The position numbers and the translations under genes were made by a program. 64,000 nt of DNA from Eledone cirrhosa (lineage: Eukaryota), in assembly GCA_964016885.1 (NCBI GenBank), contig OZ024753.1, positions 35,340,001 to 35,404,000 on the forward strand, read 5' to 3'. The notes below the pieces were generated by a model. That model was given only the letters and a program-made list of their open reading frames with translations, was not told where the DNA came from and made no database searches. Positions 53,751-64,000 of the stretch are shown piece after piece (within the stretch, counting starts at the first letter, position 1; each line of letters starts with the position of its first letter).

Positions 53751-54673
53751 TATAGTGACGACCAAAAGCATTGGGTATTGTTAGTATTACTGACAAGGGC
53801 TGTGTATTGGCAGTATCGGTAGAGCGTCAGACACCATGCTTTGAAGCATAGAGTTACGGCACTTTACAGTCTAAGTTCAAATCCCGCCGAGGTTAACTTT
53901 GCCTTTCATCCTTCCGGGGGTCGATAAGATAAAGTACCAGTATAATTGGGATAATTGCTGGCCTTGTGCCAAAAGTAGAAACAATTATTTTGTTTAAGTA
54001 CCAGTCACGCACTGGGGTCGATTTAATCGACTTTCCCCTCTCCCAAAATTGCTGGCCTTGTGCCTATATAAGAAACCATTATTACTGACAAGGAGGATGA
54101 TAGATTGGCAGTATTGGTAGGGTATTGGACAACATGCTTTGTGGCATAAAGTCACGTCCCTTTACGTTTTGACCTCTATATTTAATATAGTTTAACCATT
54201 TAACATTTACATTACTCTATATTTACTATTGTATTTTCACAGCAAAGGCTTTACCTTACATAAATATCTCACATAATATCGAATCTATGAGATTTTGATA
54301 TTATTCATTTTGAGAACAATACCTTAACATAAGTAAGTATGAACAGCCAGTTATGGCCTGTTTAAGCAGAAAGAGGCGAGAGAATTCTGGCTGGATATGA
54401 CCGGTTTAAATGCTAAAGGTTTAACATAGTCTATTTATACCAGTGATGTTACCGGCCAACATTTAACAGCTACAGTCCTAGATATTACACTTTCAACATA
54501 TCAACCATTTAATTAACAGCTGTAATTATAATCTACAGAACTGTTAAATCACCATAGAACATTGCAACACTCTAGTGACACAGTTAAAGAATTTAGAGGA
54601 ACTAATTTCTTTCTAACTTTCACCTCTACATACCACCACCACCACCACCACCACCACCACCACCACCACCACC

Positions 54674-54997
54674 ATTATTATTGTTCTTTGAGTCTCAGTC
54701 ATTGATGTTAGTTAACTGGAAAGTTTGTTGAAATGAATATCAAGCCACTACCTGCAGCCTCAGATATTCAGGACGTATCGGAGGGTTCTTGTTGTTCCCA
54801 GCAAGCATGCCTTTTGAAGTGTTCCAAAAAGCGGGGCGGGGCCAATTTTCTTTAACCATCCCTGGAAACTTTTTGAGATAGTACCTAGTGCGCCTATGAC
54901 AATCGGGACCACTTTGACTTCATGGCAGTTCCAAATCCTTTTTACCTCCCAAATCCTTTTTACGTCCTGGTATCGGTTAATTTTCTCCCTCTCCTTC
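54674..54997 (-). mobile_element. 5'-truncated R4/Dong-type LINE 3' end
   Basis: EKINRYQD..KRIWNCHEVKVVPIVIGALGTISK....WLKKIG......LQKACLLGTTRTLRYVLNI*; (AAT)n tail; flanked by ACCACCACCACCATTATTATT on both sides. Confidence 0.85.
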
Positions 54998-55050
54998 TCT
55001 TACCACCACCACCATTATTATTATTATTATTATTATATACACTGTTTATA

Positions 55051-55129
55051 TTGGGTTGTAACATAAATTCCCGCCGTTGTTATAATTTGTTTGTTTAAAA
55101 AAACGGCGGGAATTTATGTTACAATCTAA
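55051..55129. mobile_element. Small mariner-type MITE
   Basis: TA-TTGGGTTGTAACATAAATTCCCGCCGTT...AACGGCGGGAATTTATGTTACAATCTAA-TA. Confidence 0.75.
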
Positions 55130-55339
55130 TATTTAGCCCAGCAGAATTCATTTCTCACTTTTTTTTTCTTGTGTATGTTTTCCTCTATATTTCCTCTCTT
55201 TCTATTTCTCCACCTCTCTCTATCTACCTATCTAATTCTCTTCTCGTTCTTAGCCCGATTCTTTCCTACACCTTGTTCCCTCTCTTTTTTTCTTTCTTTT
55301 TTTCCTTTCAATCTTCTTCACATTATTAAACACACACAG

Positions 55340-55745
55340 AGGGCGGTGGATTGGCAGTATCGGTAGAGGGTCGGACGCCATGCTTTGCAGTATAGAGTTA
55401 CGGTCCCTTACGGTCTGAGTTCAAATCCCACTGAGGTTAGCGTTGCCTTTCATCCATACGGAGTCGATAAAATAAAGTACCAGTCACGCACTGGGGTCGA
55501 TTTAATCGACTTTCCCCACCCTCAAAATTGCTGACCTTTTGAATAAATCAGAAACAATTATTATCAATATCAGTAGAGGGTCGGACGCCATGCTTTGCAG
55601 CATAGAATTGCGTCCCTTTAAGGTCTGAGTTCAAATCCTGCCGAGGTTAACTTTGCTTTTCATCCTTAAGGGGTCGATAAAATAAAGTACCAGTAATGCA
55701 CTGGGATAATTGCTGGCCTTGTGCCAAAAATATAAACAATTATTA
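55340..55745 (+). mobile_element. Two tandem S1 SINEs
   Basis: Family S1 head, central domain and tail occur twice. Confidence 0.85.
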
Positions 55746-56267
55746 TTCCCTTTATTTATTCACATCCACCGTCCATCTATCTCTTCCTCCTCACCCTGCG
55801 CCCTTTATAATATGTTTGTCAGGCCACAGCATCCCCTAATTCTGTTCTGTTCTCTTTTATATTTGTTTGTTCTTGTCTGTTGTTTCTCAATTACGTGCCC
55901 TGCACTGGTGACCGATACAAATTTAATCAGACGTTTTAAACCAGACGACAGGAACGAAATGATGTGATGACGTAACGCGACTGTGTATAACTACTTAAGG
56001 CTGGGAATTACTCATTTCCTCTGTGCTGTGTAAGCTAGCAATTTCTGCTATAATGCAGCTTACAAACAGAACCTAGAAACACAGACGCCATACGAACTTT
56101 TGCAGAGATGTTCAGAAAAACTGATGAAATTTAAGTAAACAACAAATGATGTTTATATAAGAGTTCCTTCTAATATGGACTACATGTAGGGAGATTATTG
56201 GTAGTATTGTGGCTTTGTATCCCTCTATTAGAGTGATAGAGAGATAGATAGGTACAGAGAGAGAAAG

Positions 56268-56332
<65 letters not shown>

Positions 56333-56373
56333 GAGATAGAGAGAGGGGGGAGGTAGAGAGAGAAAGAAAGGGT

Positions 56374-56422
<49 letters not shown>

Positions 56423-56448
56423 CAGAAAGAGAGAGAGAGAGTAGAGAG

Positions 56449-56500
<52 letters not shown>

Positions 56501-56764
56501 GGAGCAAGCTAGATAGATATAGATGGGGGGGATAGAGAAAGAAGAGAAGATAGATATTGAAGGGAGAGATAGAGAGAGAAGAGAGGAGATAGATAGAGAT
56601 AGGGGTAAAGGAGAGGGGGAGAACTAGGGAGCGAGAAAAGAGAAAGAGTGAGAGGGGAGGGAGAAAAGGAGAGACAGTGTGTGAGAGAGTAGGAAGGTGC
56701 CTCTGAAAATGTTGGCCCACAGAAGGAGTTTTTCAAGGAACAACTGTGTACATACATACATATA

Positions 56765-56845
<81 letters not shown>

Positions 56846-58030
56846 CTAGCAGCAGTACCCAGCGTTGCCTGGGTAGGTAAAATAATATCTGCTTTGATGA
56901 AAAGGTGTTGATCTTAGCGACTGCTTCTCGATGACTCATCTACAGCCACAAACAGGCCATGCGGGGTATGATGGTGAGGACCTCTATCACTGAGAAACGC
57001 GGGTGACTGACGAAGGGGCATGCTGGGGGAGGGAGGTAATGACCTCTAACACTAAGCCAAATTTCCTCACGCTACTTGATTGGAAACCGATGAATTCTCA
57101 AATACACAACTAAAAGCTCAGACGACGTCATTGGCCATCGTTTTGCCTTTGACCATCTATAAGATGTGCAATGATAGGTTCTATGGTAGTATAAAAGTTG
57201 AAGCAAATAAATTGATTTATGTGTGAGGTGGAGCCGAAGTTTCGAATTTGAACGAAATCGGTTGAAAAATGTGGAGGCTAATGATAGGTCGCCGTCCCTG
57301 AACAAAAACTGCAAAGTTTAAAGCTACTATAAGATGTGCAGTGATAGGTTCCATCGTAGTATAAAAGTTGAACCAAATAAATTGATTTATGTGTGAGGTG
57401 GAGCCGAAGTTTCGAATTTAAACGAAATCGGTTGAAAAATGTGGGAGCTAGAGCCGAAAAGGCGGAAATTTGAGCAAAAAGGTGGTATTTTCGAATATTT
57501 AAGCGGCTGCCACGCCGTTCCTGAACAAAACATTCAAAATGTAAAGCCACTTTAAGACTTTAATAATCAGATCTAGCGTAGTGTAAAATTTGAACAAAGT
57601 AAGTTGATTAATGTGGGAGCTTGAGCCGAAAAAGTGGAAATTTGAGTCTAAAAGTGGTACTTTTGAATATTTAAGCGGCTGTTATGCCGTCCCTGAACAA
57701 CAAATGCAAAATATAAAGCCCTTACAGGATGTGCAATGATAAATTTTATGTTGCTTTAAAATTTGAACGAAATCGGTGGCAAAATGTGGGAGCTACAGCC
57801 AAAAATCTTATTTTTCGATACCTAAAAAAAGGTGACCCCCTATCGATTTTTATCTGCAGAATGACCCCGGAATAAAAAAAAAACGATACGCTGATATATA
57901 GAAAACACTCCCCGATGACTAATCTATGAGCCTGTAAAGTTTCATGAAAATCGGTCGTAAGATGTAGGCCCCTATAGGCAATACACAGACACACACATAC
58001 TTAATTTGTGTGTATGTATGTATATATATA
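56846..58030 (-). mobile_element. Non-autonomous Helitron
   Basis: CTAG plus CCCAGCGTTGCCTGGG hairpin end; internal tandem subrepeats; the other end is degraded into microsatellite. Confidence 0.7.
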
Positions 58031-58062
58031 TATGTGTGTATGTATGTATATATATTTATATA

Positions 58063-59040
58063 CTAGCAGAAGTACCCGGCGTTTCCCGGGTATAAGTCGA
58101 CCTTTTCTCTGTTGTTAAAATGTGTGAAAGTTACTTCCCGCGCATCACAGGTGCAAAAACTTCGAACCTCAAGAAAACAAACAAACAGAGGTTAGTAGAC
58201 GCAGGTGTGTAATTGAGCATAAATAATGAATCAATTGTAGGTACACAATGTATCGTTGAAATTGTTCTTTGCACGACTGACGGAAGTCAAATTCACGTGA
58301 AATTGAATTTTCAGTTGATTTTTAAAGCAGGGTGAAAAAGTCGATTTTGTCACATTTTTTTTTTAAAATAATTTTCGCGCTCACATGTCCAGAAGAAGAA
58401 ATAAAAGGGACTTTATCTGAACTGCGGCATAATGGCGAGTCTTTTGCGACAGTTTTCAAGAAAATCGGATGTTCCTGTAAAAAGTTTTCCCATGTGCAAC
58501 TTTGCCTTGTATTTTGCGCAAAGTCGAACATCCGCTTCAGTTTTATTGATTTTTTACATGAATGCGTGACATCTGAAGTAGATTTGAGTAGCTAAAAATC
58601 TGTTCCGGTAAATTTGCTTTAGGTGAAAAAAAGTTGATCAAAATTGTGTCTAGGGTTATTGCCCTTTGCAACAGCCTCAACGTGTCTTCAAGTATGGTTT
58701 GTTAAATTTCATTGGAATCGGACAAATTTCGTAAATATCGATTTTTGCCTCTGGTGATCCAATTATCGATATTTTCGTAGCCCACGTTCATCTCCGGATC
58801 AAAATACAAACTTGCGTCGAGTTTCATCGAAATCGGACGATTTTTGAAAATATCGATTTTTGGCTTCTTGGTCCGTTATCGATTTTTCGAAAATTTCAAG
58901 TAGCCTATTCCAATCCACGAGACGAGTTTGATATATGTGTCAAGTTTCATGAAAATCGGATGAACGGTGTAGCCTGCAAGTTCGGGACACCAAACAAACA
59001 AACAAACAAACAACGCCCAACTTCACTTTATATATATAGA
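58063..59040 (-). mobile_element. Non-autonomous Helitron
   Basis: Minus strand 5' TCTATATATATAAAG, (TTTG)n, 3' CCCGGGAAACGCCGGG hairpin followed by CTAG, A|T target. Confidence 0.85.
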
Positions 59041-59042
59041 TA

Positions 59043-59440
59043 TGTTTCTTTATTAGCCACAGGGGCACAAAAGAAGGGGACAAATACAAAGGGGGAAGTT
59101 TACATACAATAAAAACGTGTAAAATGTTATCACAAATGGAATTTAAAAAGTTAGTCGATTTTCCCCAATAGAGGGAGACAGTTTATATGGGTAACACATA
59201 CCCCCGAAAAAAAAATGTGCAACCCTCATCTCCAGGAGTACGAAGAGTTTGTACTCCTTTCCTCTCCTCTTCCTCAACCTACAGGCTGATATAGAGAGAA
59301 GGCCCATTCACTCGGACCATTCTCGCCACTTTCACCCACCTTTCATAAAACTTGCTGGGGTACAGCACCTCTCTCTCCATCCTGGGGTACAGCACCTCTC
59401 TCTCCATCCTGACTCTTCTTCCAAAGTGGTATTTGAAAAA
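59043..59440 (-). mobile_element. Probable L1/Tx1-type LINE 3' end
   Basis: FFKYH..RRVRMEREVL..SKF.ERW; 3'UTR ending AATAAAGAAAC. Confidence 0.5.
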
Positions 59441-59444
59441 AAGA

Positions 59445-59480
<36 letters not shown>

Positions 59481-59779
59481 GATGTATGTATGTGTGTAGA
59501 GAGGGGAAGAGGAGGAGGAGGAGGAGCACATGGCGAGGCTTAAAACCTAGTTATAACTACATTAAATTTATCTGATGTACGCTGTGCATAAATATTTATT
59601 ACGTAACATATACACTGATAAACACATATATACAAACACTCATGCAACCACATATATACCCAGACACTCAGATACATATATATACATGTATATAAACACA
59701 TACATATATACATACGCACATACATACATGCATAAGGACATACATAAATACAGTTATGTATACATATATAATATGTACG

Positions 59780-59823
<44 letters not shown>

Positions 59824-60832
59824 CATGTATGCATAAGCACATACATAAATACAGCTATTTATACATACATAATTGTTTCTACTTTAGGCACAAGGCCAGC
59901 AATTACCCAGTGCATTACTGGTACTTTATTTTATCGACCCCGTAAGGATGAAAGGCAAAGTCAACCTCGGCGGGATTTGAACTCAGATCGTAAAGAGACG
60001 TAACTATGCTGGAAAGCATGGCGTCCGACTCTCTACCGATACTGCCAATCCACCGCCCTTTATACATACATAATATGTACATACATGTATAATAGGTACA
60101 TACATACATACATACAGAGATACACAAATACAGGTATATATACATAATACGTACGTACATATATTCATTCATCCATTACATACATACGCACATACATACA
60201 TACATACATACATACATACATACATACATACATACATAAGGAGATACATAATACGTATATACGTACACACATACATAGGCACATGCATACATTTAGGTAT
60301 ATATATATATGGAAGTGGTATTTTACTGGGCATGTAAGCACGTATTATATACGTACATAATACGTACGTACATACATTCATCCATCCATTACATACATAC
60401 GCACATGGTGGTGGCTGCCAACTCGTTTTAGTGTAAGGCCACTACTTTATATCCATGTAGGAGAACCCCTACCAATGCGCTGAACGAGTGTGACTTTTTA
60501 GTCCAGCCAGCGACTTGAAAACTCTGGTACAAACACTACACTTGTGACAATTATTGACACATAGTGCTGGGCCCATGGTACCATGTGATGACAAGTGCAG
60601 AGAGATCTCCAGATATAAAGCAATGCCTGTGCCGTGAAGCTTTTATAGTGAGCAAAGGCACTGCACAAAGCCAGTCCCACTCTCTTAACCAAGATGATAT
60701 TTACCAAAAAGAACATACGCACATACATACATAAGGAGATACATAATACGTACATACGTACATACATGCATAGGCACATGCATACATTCAGGTATATATA
60801 TATACGTACATAATACGTGCATACATGCCCAG

Positions 60833-60971
60833 ACCATACATAAAGGGGACATACCATACTAAAAGCGATCATACATAAAGGGGACATACCATACTAAAAG
60901 CGACCATACATAAAGGGGACATACCATACTAAAAGCGACCATACATAAAGGGAACATACCATACTAAAAGC
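60833..60971. repeat. 35-bp tandem repeat, ~4 copies
   Basis: CCATACATAAAGGGGACATACCATACTAAAAGCGA. Confidence 0.9.
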
Positions 60972-61765
60972 CTGATATGGAGTTCCGATAAGTTCATAAC
61001 ATCCCACCTTGCAGGATACCTCAATACAATCCAGGAATAAGAAATCCCCACCAGGTACCTACTGAGTAACAGAAGAATGTCAACAGCCGTGCAAAACAAA
61101 GACTGAAGATGTTAGCCATATTAATGCCAACTGTAAAATAATTGTTTCTACTTTAGGCACAAGGCCAGCAATTACCCAGTGCATTACTGGTACTTTATTT
61201 TACCGACCCCGTAAGGATGAAAGGCAAAGTCAACCTCGGCAGGATTTGAACTCAGATCGTAAAGGGACGTAACTATGCTGGAAAGCATGGCGTCCGACCC
61301 TCTACAATGTCTTCTCGTTACTGTCTCCCCATAAAGTATGACATGGTAGCCAGAACAATCTGGAATGCTCAACCAAAGACGAAAATAACAACAAACGGAG
61401 GAATATGTTGTAACTGATGGCTCAAAGGAATATTGATGGAACCTAACAATGAAATCCGTCACCAAATTAAAACATAGCCAGCCATATATTGTTGTTTGGG
61501 ACTACACAGTAAAAACATTTTCTGCTGTAGAAGTCAGCTGACCACTCGATCTCAATGTGGTAAGAAAAATACAAGAGAAAGAAGGTACCTACGGATCATT
61601 GGTGAGGAGTTGGTAGATCCAGTACTCAAGAAACTTGTTGTTTCATAGTCATTATCATTGGAGCTACAGGTTATATACCAACCCACCTGGACCAAAGTAT
61701 AACTGCCCTTAATTAGATTTGTGGAGAAACAAGGCCGCTCTTCAATTCATAAGTTACAGAAATAC
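60965..61765 (+). mobile_element. Degenerate R4/Dong-type LINE (CCHC and REL) interrupted by an S1 SINE
   Basis: ITSHLAGYLNTIQE*EI..CKTKTEDVSHINANC..MSSRYCLP...KEY*WN...HSQPYIVVWD...VEVS*PLD.N...EKEGTY...IIIGATGYIP. Confidence 0.8.
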
Positions 61766-61938
61766 TCTGAAGAAGACGGCCGATTAGACAGGAATTTCGA
61801 GACTAGAAATAGGTAGTAGCTTATCCACTATCATGCTAGCCGATACATTCATCTTCCACGATCAATCGACCCTCTGAAATGATCGTGAAATAATGAACTA
61901 ATTAACTACGAACGTCTAACTTCTGTTTTTGTCATTGT

Positions 61939-61994
<56 letters not shown>

Positions 61995-62321
61995 CACACA
62001 CGTACACACACATACATATATATATACACACACACATATAGATATATATACACACACACATATATATATATATACACACACATATATATATATACACACA
62101 CACACATATATATATACACACACACATACATATATATATACACACACACCCATATATATATATATATATACATACACACCCACATATATATATATATATA
62201 TACATACACACCCACATATATATACATATATATATATATATATACACGCACACATATATATATACACACACACACACATATATATACACACACACATATA
62301 TATATACACACACACACACAC

Positions 62322-62375
<54 letters not shown>

Positions 62376-62699
62376 TGGTGGTGACTCTAATAAAATACCA
62401 CTTCTATTGTCCGAAGTGACAAAACTTATATATATTCCACAATAATGTTCTCACATGCTTCTTTATATGTGAGTGTCTCCTGACACATAACAACTATATA
62501 TCATCTTTGATAAAAAGAAGTTTTATTAAATTGTAATAAAATAAACTAAAACAAACGAACCACGTGCTTTTGAGACCTGAAAAGCAATATCTAATTGTCT
62601 ATAATATATATATATATATATATTTAAAGAGTTAGAAACCTACGATTTGAACACATCTATGTATATATCTGTGTTTATCTCTCTTTTTTTTTATTCAAC

Positions 62700-62738
<39 letters not shown>

Positions 62739-62823
62739 GAAAGGTATAGAAAACATATATATATATATATATTTTTTAATGCAAAAATAACAGTATTTTT
62801 GCATTCCTGTGTTTGTTTTGTTT

Positions 62824-62863
<40 letters not shown>

Positions 62864-63240
62864 TACTTTGGGAGGGTCATGCTGTCAATAAAATCAAATG
62901 CATAAACGAAGTATGTGTATGTGTGTATAATGTATGTATGCGTGTGTGTGCGGGGGAGTTTGAAGGTATGTTGGTTAATGTTTAAAGTGTTCGGCTGACA
63001 CTCGTAGGGTCGTGAGTATGTGAGTTCGATTCTCGCCCGGGCGTTGTTTCCTTGAGCAAGACACTTTATTTCAAAAAGAGAGAGAGAGAAAGAGAAGGAG
63101 CGATGGAGAGGGAGCAAGAGAGCGAAAGAGAGTTCGAGACTAAGAGGGAATGAGTAAGAGACAGAGATAGAAGAAGAACTAATTCCAGGACCGGGTTGGT
63201 TACATTATTTAACGGCGTCGAAAGGGTGAAAGGCGGGATT

Positions 63241-64000
63241 ACACACACACCCAGTTATACTACAGGGAACATCATAGAAGACTTTCGTACTCACACATAA
63301 CGACAAACACACACACAATGGCAAATACACACACACCCAGTTATACTACAGGGGACATCATAGAAGACTTTCGTACTCACACATAACAGCAAATACACAC
63401 ACATACACACACACACAATGGCAAATACACACACACCCAGTTATACTACAGGGGACATCATAGAAGACTTTCGTACTCACACATAACAGCAAATACACAC
63501 ACATACACACACACACAATGGCAAATACACACACACACAGTTATACTACAGGGGACATCATAGAAGACTTTCGTACTCACACATAACAGCAAATACACAC
63601 ACATACACACACACACAATGGCAAATACACACACACACAGTTATACTACAGGGGACATCATAGAAGACTTTCGTACTCACACATAACGGCAAATACACAC
63701 ACACACACAATGGCAAATACACACACACACAGTTATACTACAGGGGACATCATAGAAGACTTTCGTACTCACACATAACGGCAAATACACACACACACAC
63801 AATGGCAAATACACACACACACAGTTATACTACAGGGGACATCATAGAAGACTTTCGTACTCACACATAACGGCAAACACACACACACATACACACACAC
63901 ACAATGGCAAATACACACACACACAGTTATACTACAGGGAAACATCATAGAAGACTTTCGTACTCACACATAACGGCAAATACACACACACACACACACA
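63241..64000. repeat. ~70-85-bp tandem repeat with variable (CA)n, runs off the window
   Basis: CAGTTATACTACAGGGGACATCATAGAAGACTTTCGTACTCACACATAAC repeated about ten times. Confidence 0.95.

Overview
This is an AT-rich, microsatellite-saturated eukaryotic window. Its SINE/MITE complement and (TA)n/(CA)n/(GA)n load point to an octopus-like coleoid mollusc (inference). I found no supportable host protein-coding gene: almost all listed ORFs are translations of simple repeats, and the few protein-like ones are LINE or transposase relics (RTE, CR1/L2, CRE, R4/Dong, Vingi, Tx1, mariner). There are dozens of tRNA-derived SINEs of two main families, three non-autonomous Helitrons, Tc1/mariner and TTAA-type MITEs, several minisatellites and a 200-N gap. 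The standout signal is about ten distinct families of short non-coding elements inserted into (TA)n tracts. Each carries a type I hammerhead ribozyme (HHR) motif or remnant, most with the minimal palindromic stem III typical of Penelope-like elements (PLEs). Most sit as head-to-head inverted duplications (palindromes up to 338 bp) and stack as cassettes separated by (TA)n. Variants include a U3-A8 covariant catalytic core and HHRs with a shared ~60-nt stem II insertion. All folds were done by eye and none was tested computationally or experimentally.
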